From NCBI GenBank assembly GCA_963749915.1, contig CAVVOP010000009.1:27347-91346 (forward strand): 64,000 nt of DNA, written 5' to 3'. The notes below the pieces were generated by a model that did not search any database, had not been told where the DNA came from, and worked only from the letters and a program-made list of their open reading frames with translations. Positions 1-9,205 of the stretch are shown here, in pieces. Made by a program: the position numbers and the translations under genes. Each line of letters starts with the position of its first letter. Positions within the stretch are counted from its first letter, which is position 1. The DNA comes from an uncultured cyanobacterium. Lineage in GTDB: Bacteria; Cyanobacteriota; Cyanobacteriia; Cyanobacteriales; Cyanobacteriaceae.

Positions 1-25
1 AGCTATCTCACACCCAGAAATCATC

Positions 26-376
26 ATGATGACCATTCCCGAACCACTAAAATCTAAGTCTCGCATCTACGACCTAAAGAAACGCCTTGACTGGGGCGAA
101 CCGACTCTGACCATTATTGACGTTCGTTCACGAGACGTTTTCAAAACCAGCCACATCACGGGAGCCATTTCTTTTCCTCTGGGCCAACTGGCCGAACAAT
201 CGCTCATGAACCTCGAATTAGTTCGGGATATCTACGTTTACGGCTCTAGCGATGAAGAAACGGCTGCCGCTGCTGCCTTGCTCAAGGAAGCCGGCTATCA
301 AAATGTCGCCGAATTAGCGGGTGGTGCGGCTGCTTGGAAGGCTGCTGGTTTCCCTATCGAAGGAAATTCCCTGTAG
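26..376 (+). CDS. Rhodanese-like domain protein
   Basis: IIDVR...SHITGAISFP...GYQNVAELAGGAAAWKAAGFP rhodanese signature; no catalytic Cys evident. Confidence 0.85.
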   Translation: MMTIPEPLKSKSRIYDLKKRLDWGEPTLTIIDVRSRDVFKTSHITGAISFPLGQLAEQSLMNLELVRDIYVYGSSDEETAAAAALLKEAGYQNVAELAGGAAAWKAAGFPIEGNSL

Positions 377-436
377 TCTAATTTAGTGCCGCTCGTCCCA
401 CAGCCATCTCTCAGGTAAAAGCTGAAGCCAAGCAGC

Positions 437-531
437 AGACAATTGTTGAGATTGCTGCTTCAGCGAGTTCCTTCAACACCCTCACCGCCGCCTTGAAAGC
501 CGCCGGTTTAGTAGAAGTGCTAGCAGGAAAT
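437..531 (+). pseudogene. Fasciclin (FAS1) domain N-terminal fragment
   Basis: Translates as TIVEIAASASSFNTLTAALKAAGLVEVLAG, then breaks off. Confidence 0.65.
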
Positions 532-541
532 CGATGACGAA

Positions 542-697
542 TTATTGACTAACTTGGGAGCGGCGGCGACGACAGCGTTCTGAACAGTATTTCACCTCGT
601 CCCAGCAATCAGCCCATTTTTTGCGCCAGTGGAAAGGAAGTCCGCAGACAGGGCAAATTTTTGTCGGCAGGTTTGATTTAGATCTCTGGCGTGCCAT
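542..697 (-). CDS. DUF2256-type small Cys-rich protein (51 aa, not in ORF track)
   Basis: [51 protein letters not shown]; directly downstream of the photolyase, a usual neighbour. Confidence 0.85.
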   Translation of the reverse strand: MARQRSKSNLPTKICPVCGLPFHWRKKWADCWDEVKYCSERCRRRRSQVSQ

Positions 698-702
698 GAG
701 AA

Positions 703-2251
703 TTAGTTCAAAATGAGATCGGGTTTACTCCTATTATGCCTCCAACTTTGAGCCAAAGCACGGATTTTTTTGAGTTCTTCTGCGTCCATGCGCTTGAGAT
801 TTCCTAGCACTAAATTCATGCGCCCAAGGGATTTGAGCTTCTCTTGGTGTCGGTCAAGGAAGTCCCAGTAGAAAAAGTTAAAGGGGCAGGCTTTTTCTCC
901 GGTGCGATCGCCATGATTATAACAGCAATCACCGCAGTAATCACTCATTTTATTGATATAGTTGGCTGAGGAAGCATAAGGTTTAGACGCTAAGATTCCT
1001 CCATCAGCAAACTGCCCCATTCCCATCACATTCGTCTGCATCACCCAGTCGTAGGCATCTACGAAAGCAGCGTGAAACCAAGCCTCAATTGCTTGGGGGG
1101 AAACACCAGAAATTAAAGCAAAATTACTCAAGACCATCAGCCTCTGAATGTGGTGTGCGTAGCCCGTGTTTTCTACCTGATTGAGAACTTGATAGAGACA
1201 GTTCATCTCTGTCTGAGAACTTTCCCAATAAAAATCGGGTAGCGACTCAGTGTGATTGAACCAGTTACTCTGGGAATAATCATGATCAAGATAGTGATAG
1301 AGTCCGTTCATGTATTCGCGCCACCCCAACACTTGGCGGATAAATCCCTCGACACTGTTCAATTCTATGCCACCATCCAAGTAAGCTTTTTCGGCAGCTT
1401 CAATGACTTCCCTTGGATGCAGCAATCCCAAATTCAGGTAAGGAGAAATCAGGCCGTGCCACATCGTTTCTTCTCCCGTTACCATGGCATCCTGATAAGG
1501 GTCCAAATGACGGCAAGCTTTGAGTGATAAAATGCTCCAAAACGGACAAAGCATCGGAGCGCGTCACGCCCCAACGGAAAGATTCTATTTCTCCGTAGCC
1601 AGGAAAGCCTTGCACTTTGATTTCATCGATGACTGATTGGGTGATTTTATCAGGTTCAAACCACAAAGCTTCCGGCGTTCTGAGGTCACTTTTAGGGGGT
1701 CGGCGATTTTGCTTGTCAAAGTTCCATTGCCCGCCAACTGGCTTATTTCCCTCCATCAAAATCTCGAAACGTTTGCGCCCTTCTCGGTAAAAATCTTCCA
1801 GTAATAGGCGCTTGCGCGAGCAAGCCCAGTGCTGAAAATCTTCTCGACTCCACAAAAAATGATTGTTAGGTACAAAAGTAATAGGACAGCCAAGTTCTAG
1901 TTTTTTGATTAACTGGAAAAAGGGGCGGTCATTAGGATTCATGAGCCGCACTTCCGTAATTTTGTGCTGATTGATCCAGTTCTTGAGAGGCGTTTGAAAG
2001 TCATCAGCAATTTCGTAAGTTACCGGCCATCCAGCTGAGCGTAATTCTTCAGCAAAATGGCGCATGGCTGACCAAATTAAGACCAGTTTTTGGCGGTGGT
2101 AGGGCCGCTGTCGGGCATAATTCCGTGACTCAATTAAGATGACTGGTGTCTGTTTTTTGGCTGTTTCACAGCTAGAGAGTGCTGAGTGTCCAGTCCAGAG
2201 TTGATCGCCTAATATCCAAATGCCAGTTGCCATCTCAAATTTTATAGTCAT
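703..2251 (-). pseudogene. Cryptochrome/photolyase family protein (FeS-BCP/PhrB-like), +1 frameshift near 1498
   Basis: LGDQL, HRQKLVLIWSAMRHF, GGQWNFD in ORF 1400..2251; YQDAM, GYAHHIQRLM, KPYASSANYINKMSDYC in ORF 703..1554; GGACCCTTATCAG carries one extra base at GP/YQ. Confidence 0.85.
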
Positions 2252-2388
2252 TAAGTACCGTATAACTCTTTCACCGCAACACTTCTGGGGCTTTGTCCAG
2301 AATCAAACCCCACTTGACGTTGGGCGAGGGGGAGAAACTCCATTGAAAAATGTTACATAATATAAAGATATCATTCGAGAGAGGAATC

Positions 2389-2490
2389 ATGCAAACCGTT
2401 AGACTTGGCGACCGTGGACCTAGGGTTAGTGCTTTAGGGATGGGGACTTGGGCTTGGGGAGATCGGCTTTTTTGGGCTTATGGCAAATAA
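2389..2490 (+). pseudogene. Aldo/keto reductase N-terminal fragment
   Basis: MQTVRLGDRGPRVSALGMGTWAWGDRLFWAYGK* after a GAGG RBS. Confidence 0.7.
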
Positions 2491-2612
2491 GTTGCATATC
2501 CTGATTTGTTACTTATAAATAAACCAATCTCCCCTCTCACCTTCATCATTCTACTTAGATGCGTTTCAGCTTATGAGTTGTCCTCTATCATTTCTTTAAA
2601 AGTGAGTCTAAT

Positions 2613-4016
2613 ATGCTAACAACAAAAGTCAACCCCTATCTTGATGGCAATTTTGCCCCAGTGCGTGAAGAAATCACCGCTGAGACACTGCCAGTAATTG
2701 GTGAATTACCCCCAGATTTATCAGGGATGTTCCTGCGCAATGGTCCTAACCCCCAATGGTCACCTATCGGTCAGTATCATTGGTTTGATGGGGATGGAAT
2801 GATACACGGTGTCCAGATTCACAATGGTCAAGCCAGTTATCGTAACCGCTATGTACGCACGCGAGGATGGCAAATCGAACATGAGGCAGGGAAGGCAATC
2901 TGGAGTGGTTTACTAGAACCCCCACAAATGGATAATCCTGATGGTCCTGGTAAAAATACTGCTAACACGGCTTTAATTTGGCACGCTGGACAAATGTTGG
3001 CACTGTGGGAAGGGGGTGAGCCTCACGCCATCCAGGTTCCTACATTGGAGACCATAGGCGAATATACCTACAATGGTAGATTACTGTCTCCTTTTACCGC
3101 CCATCCCAAGGTAGATCCGGTAACGGGTGAAATGATGTTTTTTGGTTACTCTTTCGCGCCTCCGTACCTACAATATAGTGTGGTTTCTTCTATAGGTGAA
3201 CTATTGCGAACGGTACCCATTGATATACCAATGGCAGTGATGATGCATGATTTTGCCATCACCGAAAATCATACTATTTTTATGGATTTACCCCTGACTT
3301 TTAGCCAGGCAAGGATGCAACGGGGAGAACCGGGGTTAATGTTTGAACATGATAAACCCAGTCGCTTTGGTATTGTTCCTCGTCACGGTGACAACAGTAA
3401 TATTCGTTGGTTTGAAAGTCCGGCTTGCTATGTCTTCCACACCCTCAATGCTTACGAAGAGGGAGACGAAGTAGTGCTGATAGCTTGTCGAATGAGTTCT
3501 ACTACTGTTTTAATGCCTGAAGATACAGCATCCAATCCCGAAGGAAATATCCCAAAACTGCATCGCTGGCGTTTTAACCTCAACACTGGAACTGTACGGG
3601 AGGAAATGCTAGACGATGTGCCTTCCGAATTTCCCCGTGTAAACGAAAATTTGTTAGGAAGAAAAACCAGATATGGTTACACTGGCAGAATGGCACAGGG
3701 TTCTATGCCTTTATTTGATGGTGTGATCAAGTATGACTTGAATACTGGCAAGTCCCAAACCCATGAATTTGGACAGGGATGTTATGGTGGTGAATCCGTG
3801 TTTGCACCACATCTGGGTGGGAAAGATGAGGATGAGGGCTGGTTAATTACTTTTGTTTACGATAGTAGGTCAGAAACCTCAGAACTGTTAGTAATTAATG
3901 CCCAAGATGTCACGTCTGAACCAGTAGCGCGGGTGTTAATTCCCCAACCTGTCCCCTACGGTTTCCACGGGGCTTGGATTTCCGAAGCACAGCTAAACGC
4001 TTCTCGTGGGAATTAA
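2613..4016 (+). CDS. Carotenoid cleavage oxygenase (RPE65 family)
   Basis: RNGPNP, HWFDGDGM, FTAHPKVD, MHDFAIT, FHTLNAYE, PYGFHG: four iron-binding His present. Confidence 0.93.
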   Translation: MLTTKVNPYLDGNFAPVREEITAETLPVIGELPPDLSGMFLRNGPNPQWSPIGQYHWFDGDGMIHGVQIHNGQASYRNRYVRTRGWQIEHEAGKAIWSGLLEPPQMDNPDGPGKNTANTALIWHAGQMLALWEGGEPHAIQVPTLETIGEYTYNGRLLSPFTAHPKVDPVTGEMMFFGYSFAPPYLQYSVVSSIGELLRTVPIDIPMAVMMHDFAITENHTIFMDLPLTFSQARMQRGEPGLMFEHDKPSRFGIVPRHGDNSNIRWFESPACYVFHTLNAYEEGDEVVLIACRMSSTTVLMPEDTASNPEGNIPKLHRWRFNLNTGTVREEMLDDVPSEFPRVNENLLGRKTRYGYTGRMAQGSMPLFDGVIKYDLNTGKSQTHEFGQGCYGGESVFAPHLGGKDEDEGWLITFVYDSRSETSELLVINAQDVTSEPVARVLIPQPVPYGFHGAWISEAQLNASRGN

Positions 4017-4028
4017 GTATTACATTAA

Positions 4029-4110
4029 CTTTATAATTTTCCCCAAAATCAGAAAGTCCTGCGGGTGTGGTCAAGATCAATGATTGGAACAATTCAGGAT
4101 GGGCGATCGC
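4029..4110 (-). pseudogene. Alpha/beta hydrolase internal fragment (paralog of 6484-7259)
   Basis: AIAHPELFQSLILTTPAGLSDFGENY matches the 6700-6770 translation; begins at a HIP1 site. Confidence 0.6.
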
Positions 4111-4264
4111 TCTGGCGACATTTCTCTGGTACCGCCGTTCTCCTGACTGGAAAGCTGAGGCGAAGTTAAACCAATCTTTAGATCAACTGGAAGCTGATTC
4201 AACGGAGACATCTCCCGAGCCTCAACTTTCTCAAACCTCTTAACCAATAGACCTCATAGTTCTT

Positions 4265-5164
4265 ATGTCAATCTCAGAGCAACAACGACATTTTTCCCTC
4301 GGCTGGTGGCTCTACCAAGGCATGTTAAAAATTTTCATCTATCCCAGCCTCTGGGTTTCCTTGGCCGTAGCTTCTCTAGCTTACTTCAGTCAAGAAACTC
4401 TGGGTCTTGACCATGACTGGCGGCCGCTAGTCCTCATCTTCGCCGCTGCTCTGTTACCCTATAATCTTGATCGTATTTTCGACTCCTACGTTCAAACAAT
4501 TCCTGATCCTCAAGCTCAGTCTTACTTTCGCCATCGAGAAATCTTGCTTCTGCCCCTAGCGGCGGCAGTGGCAGTGGCAATTTTATTGTATTATGCTCCT
4601 CCGGCAGTACGGCTGGTCAGTTGTGGTGGGGTAGCTCCCCTGATCTACGGTCTCCCGTTACTACCCCTGGGGACAGGAAAAAATCGGCGATGGTACCGAC
4701 TTAAGGATGTACCTGGTACTAAGGCTGGGATTGTCGCGGGAATCATTACCTACGCCGTAGTCGCTGTGCCTCTAGCCTATGCGGGGGTGGCACCGGACCA
4801 AGCCACTCTCCTCACAGCCATATTTTTACTGGTTTTGACGGGGACGAATTCTCACCTGTTTGACCTGAGGGATCTCAATTCGGATCGTCAGAAGGGAGTA
4901 TTGACAATGCCTCTGATCTTAGGAATCCTGGGAACCAGACTGATCTGGACCGGCTTGAATGTGAGTTTATTAATCTTCCTGAGTAGGTTCTGGGTTGTGG
5001 GACCAGCAACTCCCTCGCCTCAAGTAGTTATCCCAGTGACTTTGCTCAATCTTGCCTTAATCTGGTGGCTGAATCCGGATACCCCTAGAAATGTTTATAA
5101 CATTGGCTTGGACGGCTGCCTTTTTTTGCCGGCACTGTTGACTAGCCGATGGTATGAATTATGA
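4265..5164 (+). CDS. UbiA-family prenyltransferase-like membrane protein
   Basis: Multiple TM segments; YNLDRIFD and FDLRDLNSDRQKG Asp-rich motifs. Confidence 0.75.
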   Translation: MSISEQQRHFSLGWWLYQGMLKIFIYPSLWVSLAVASLAYFSQETLGLDHDWRPLVLIFAAALLPYNLDRIFDSYVQTIPDPQAQSYFRHREILLLPLAAAVAVAILLYYAPPAVRLVSCGGVAPLIYGLPLLPLGTGKNRRWYRLKDVPGTKAGIVAGIITYAVVAVPLAYAGVAPDQATLLTAIFLLVLTGTNSHLFDLRDLNSDRQKGVLTMPLILGILGTRLIWTGLNVSLLIFLSRFWVVGPATPSPQVVIPVTLLNLALIWWLNPDTPRNVYNIGLDGCLFLPALLTSRWYEL

Positions 5165-5206
5165 ATTATGAATTATTACCGAGTGCCTAAAGTCTTTTGA
5201 CACCCC

Positions 5207-5447
5207 TCACATCACTGGGGCAGTTTCTTTGCCTTTGAGTCAATTAGTTAACGGGGCGTTGAATAATTTTGAACTAGATCGCGATATCTACGTTTATGGT
5301 CAAACCGATGAAGAAACTGCGGTCGCTGCCAGCACTTATGCTCTGCAAGGTTGGCAGCATTGGTTAACTGAGCAAAAGGAAGTTTTAGTCGGCATCGCTA
5401 TTTTGCTACTGATTACCTACGCTTGGTTGTTAGTCAAAGGCTTATAG
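5207..5447 (+). pseudogene. Chimeric remnant: rhodanese fragment fused to a membrane-protein C-terminus
   Basis: SHITGAVSLPLSQL...RDIYVYGQTDEETAVAA parallels 26..376, then switches to an unrelated TM segment. Confidence 0.55.
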
Positions 5448-5641
5448 ATTTAAGATTTACTTTTTTAAGCATGATACTCTTCTTGGTTTAATCACCAATC
5501 ATCAAGCTGAAATCTTTGGTCAACTAAGTTTAACTCAATCTGATCAAGTCATCCCGACCTATTCGTATAATCACTACTATCTCGATTCTATTAATAAATG
5601 TAAAATATAATTAAGTTTTGTAAACTTTATGAGAAAAAATT

Positions 5642-6301
5642 ATGGAACTAACTCAGATTAAAGACTATCTTGATAGTCCCAATCCTCAAAATCGGATGAA
5701 AGCGATCGTTGAGCTCAGAAATCACGAGCCTTCTGTAGTTGTTCCCTTGCTTAAGCAAAGGATGTATGACAAAGAATTTGTGATTCGTTCTTTTGTAGCA
5801 AAAGGCCTAGGCTATAAACGTACCGATGAGGGTTTTCAAAGTTTACTCGATTTAATCGAGAACGATGGGGATCCTAATGTCAAAGCCGAAGCCGCTAATT
5901 CTTTGGCTAACTATGGCGAAAAAGCCATTCTCCACCTAGTCGAACTTTTTCGTCAGGAATCTCATTGGTTGATCAGGCAAAGCATCTTTGCCGTAATCAA
6001 CGAAATCGATTCTCCAGATATTCTCTTTCAGCTTTGTTGTTGGGGATTGGCAGGAGAAGATCTAGTGGTCAAATTGGTATCTATTGCCGGTTTAGGCAAA
6101 TTAAAGGGAACCGCTTACGAGCAAGAAGCCATAGATCTACTGTTTGAACTATCTACGGCTCAAACAGTGCAAATTAGAGTGGAGGTTGCTAGAGCCTTAG
6201 TCTCTTTCGACGATCCCAAAGCGAAAGCAGCATTAGCTGATTTACGACACGATCCCGACCATCGAGTTGTCGGTGCCACTTTAGAGGGCATGATCCCATA
6301 A
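5642..6301 (+). CDS. HEAT-repeat / PBS-lyase-like protein (NblB-like)
   Basis: Repeated HEAT motifs (DPNVKAEAANSL, HWLIRQS, DPDHRVVGATLE); 219 aa. Confidence 0.75.
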   Translation: MELTQIKDYLDSPNPQNRMKAIVELRNHEPSVVVPLLKQRMYDKEFVIRSFVAKGLGYKRTDEGFQSLLDLIENDGDPNVKAEAANSLANYGEKAILHLVELFRQESHWLIRQSIFAVINEIDSPDILFQLCCWGLAGEDLVVKLVSIAGLGKLKGTAYEQEAIDLLFELSTAQTVQIRVEVARALVSFDDPKAKAALADLRHDPDHRVVGATLEGMIP

Positions 6302-6483
6302 CTATCTAGATCTTCAACTAATTTTTTGGTCTTAATCATAGGAGAGTCACTAATGTTAAAAAGATTCCTGGCACCATTTCTAGTATTATCCCTAGTTTTC
6401 ACAGTAATAACGATCATTAAAGGTTAGAAGATGAATTAAACTTATGACTTGAGAAAGTATAACTAAGAATTTTTTGAAATATT

Positions 6484-7259
6484 ATGTTACAGCCTCCCGG
6501 TTTTGGTTCAAATTCCCTGAACACTAGCCTAGGTGAGATGGTCTATTACACTGCCAAGGAAGATCATCCCATCCAGAGCGAAGTTATCAGATTGACGACT
6601 ACCTTACTACTATTACTGAATTTTTAGAGGCTACCTGTGATGAACCGACAACGGTAATTGCTTCTTCTCTGACGGCAGCTTTTGTCATCCGCTTAGCGAT
6701 CGCCCGTCCTGAATTATTCCAGAGCTTGATTCTCACTACACCGGCTGGGCTTTCAGATTTTGGTGCCAACTATACCCGCAGTTTCTTTGCCCAACTAGTC
6801 AGCACCCCCATTTTAGACCGCTTCATTTACGGAGTAGGTGTAGCCAACGAACTTGGAATTCGGAGCTTTTTGGAACAGCGCCAGTTTGCTCGTCCAGAAA
6901 GAGTTAACGCGGAGATGGTCAAAGCTTACTTAGCCGGCTCCCAACAGCCAAATGCAGAATACAGTGCCCTTTCGTTTGTTCGAGGTGATTTGTGTTTTGA
7001 CCTTGCCGATTACATCCCCCAACTGAAAGTTCCTACGGCCATCATCTGGGGTCAAAAATCTCAGTTTACTGGCCCCGACATTGGGCAGCGCTTGGCGGAG
7101 CTGAATCGATCAGCAATTAGGATTTTTCAAGTTATCGACGAGGCTGGTCTCACACCACAGCTCGAACTGCCAGCCGTTACTATTGGCTTAATTCGCCGAT
7201 GTTTACGGTTACTTTCCAGTGAAATTGAACCAGCCACCCCTGAACCCGAATCAATTTAA
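6484..7259 (+). pseudogene. Alpha/beta hydrolase with internal deletion
   Basis: MLQPPGFGSNSLNTSLGEMVYYT start, then a jump to VIASSLTAAF...PTAIIWG...PQLELP; middle portion missing. Confidence 0.7.
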
Positions 7260-7396
7260 TTTTGAGCCAGGGGCTCAAAATCAGTTACCAGTTACCAGTA
7301 GCCAGTTACCAAGTGACCAAATAGAAAGTCCTGTTACTGATCACTGTTCACTGCTCCTTGATCACTGTAAAGAGGTAGTAACAGAAGAACTGACAG

Positions 7397-7999
7397 ATGA
7401 GGAGGAAAGCGATCGCCATTAATTTACCTTATTCACCCACCACAAAACCTAATCGTGATGGTAGCCTCAAGACAGATAAAGAAGGCAATGTTATACAGCC
7501 TAAAGTCTCCGTATCTCCTATAATTCTTGACTTGATAAGTTTAGGATTAAAAGCGATAAATCAAGGCACGGCTGAATCCGATAAATTGGGAGATAAAACC
7601 AGACACATAGAATATCAGGTTAAAAGAATTAGGACAAATAACAGATATTGAATCTGATTTAATACCAGATACCGATAACTTTACCGAGGCAATAAAAGAA
7701 GTGTTTAGTATAGAAGACTTTGAGCCTATAGATACCAGTAACGAGGAGTTAAATAATATTAAAGTAGCTAAGGGCAATAAAGCATTAGAATTAGTGGATA
7801 ACTGCGAGGTTAAATCTTTTGATGAAGCTGTAATCGAGATTAACCGATTGAAGAAAGAAGGTTTAGGAAATACTGCGATGCCAAAGGCACAGCGAAGCTG
7901 TCCGCTAAGAAATTATCAGGGAAATATCATACTAAGCAAGGTTTAATTAACTGGAGTGATACTCAAGTCAGAAGAATATTAATCAGCCGTGTAGAGTAA
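7397..7999 (+). pseudogene. Fragmented plasmid gene(s) ending in a recombinase-type HTH
   Basis: Removing the 23-nt insert at 7875-7905 restores NTAIAKKLSGKYHTKQGLINWSDTQVRRILISRVE*. Confidence 0.5.
7875..7905. repeat. Small dispersed repeat (double mini-hairpin) inserted in a HIP1 site
   Basis: GCGAT-GCCAAAGGCACAGCGAAGCTGTC-CGC; relatives at 51740-51770 and 55966-55996. Confidence 0.7.
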
Positions 8000-8069
8000 A
8001 ATTTAGGTTAGGAGTAACGGCTAATTACTCCTAATCAAATACTTTCAATATCTTAATGAGGATTTTAAC

Positions 8070-8405
8070 ATGAGTACAGTAACAGATAACGACTTAAAAG
8101 AGTTAAAGGATTTAATTAACTCCAAATTTGAGCAAGTAGATCGCAAAATTGAGCAAGTCAATGAAAAAATAGACTCTCGTTTTGAGCAAGTAAATTCTCA
8201 ATTTATCCAAGTAAACGAGAAGCTAAATGATATGAGAGTTGAGATAGCTACCTTAAAAGAAGGTCAAAGCGGTATTAATAAAAGGTTAGACAGTGTAGAT
8301 AATCGTTTAAATACTGTCACGCTAGGGGTTTTTGGCACAATCGGAGTTTTAGCAACAGGGCTTTTAACTTTTGTGGGTAAAGTTGTATTTTTTCCCAATC
8401 CTTAA
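8070..8405 (+). CDS. Cyanobacterial coiled-coil protein with C-terminal TM helix
   Basis: TVTDNDLKELKDLI, heptad repeats, hydrophobic C-terminus ending FFPNP. Confidence 0.75.
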   Translation: MSTVTDNDLKELKDLINSKFEQVDRKIEQVNEKIDSRFEQVNSQFIQVNEKLNDMRVEIATLKEGQSGINKRLDSVDNRLNTVTLGVFGTIGVLATGLLTFVGKVVFFPNP

Positions 8406-8439
8406 ATCGATTTTTAACAGCCAAAGGTAACTTGAAATA

Positions 8440-8629
8440 ACCTGAGTTCGACATAAAATTACTGGTTAGGGTAGGGAGTAGGGAGCAGGGAGCAGGGAGT
8501 AGTGTTTATAATTGACGTAAAATGTATCAAAATTGATTTTAAGCAATTATTTACTAAACTTAATCCTTTTTAGGAGAGAAAATTTGGTTAGTTATCACTC
8601 TTAAACCCTTATTTTAAGAGGTTTATCAG
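8440..8629. mobile_element. One end of an IS/MITE remnant, truncated by the adjacent MITE
   Basis: ACCTGAGTTCG terminus resembles the IS982 end at 24375; contains TAGGGAG heptamers; no partner end seen. Confidence 0.4.
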
Positions 8630-8807
8630 GGGTTGGGGCAAGATTAATGAAATATCAGATCACATACGGTTGAAACCATTGAATTCTCGTTGAGTTTTGG
8701 GAAGTTTTTGTCCTAAAATCGGAAAAGAATAGTGAGGCTGAAAGTCTTATTGGATAAGGCTTGTCAGTGAGATGTGATCGGATTTTACAAGGATTTTGCC
8801 CCAACCC
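8630..8807. mobile_element. ~178-bp MITE
   Basis: Imperfect 36-bp TIR: GGGTTGGGGCAAGATTAATGAAATATCAGATCACAT vs GGGTTGGGGCAAAATCCTTGTAAAATCCGATCACAT. Confidence 0.75.
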
Positions 8808-9099
8808 GTAATTCAGTCAGAATCGTGCCGTAGTTGGTTCTCTTTGCTATTAAATTATTGGTATTGGTTAAGGTGTACAGAGCAACTTTTGAACCATCTT
8901 CAATCCGACCGAATTCAGTCTTCGTTACACTCTTATTTTCTTTTGAGAAATAGTTATTTTCTTTGGCGTAGGAGCGATCGGGGTTAAATCCACTGTAGAA
9001 ATCTACATTCACTACAAATAAACTCATTCCCATTACGGTTAAAACGGTGAGGAATTTTCTTAACATCAAGCAAGCGGAAATATTTTCTTTTTTGATCAT
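8808..9099 (-). pseudogene. Aldose 1-epimerase (GalM-like) N-terminal fragment with signal peptide
   Basis: FGRIEDGSKVALYTLTNTNNLIAKRTNYGTILTELR, then cut by the MITE. Confidence 0.7.
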
Positions 9100-9205
9100 A
9101 GTTTGTTCTTAACCAAATTAAAGGCGTTTTGCATTTATTAAAAACCCTTTGTTTTTTCTAGCCAAAGAAAGAGCTGCTCACCCCTAAAGAGCGATCGCAA
9201 AAGCG

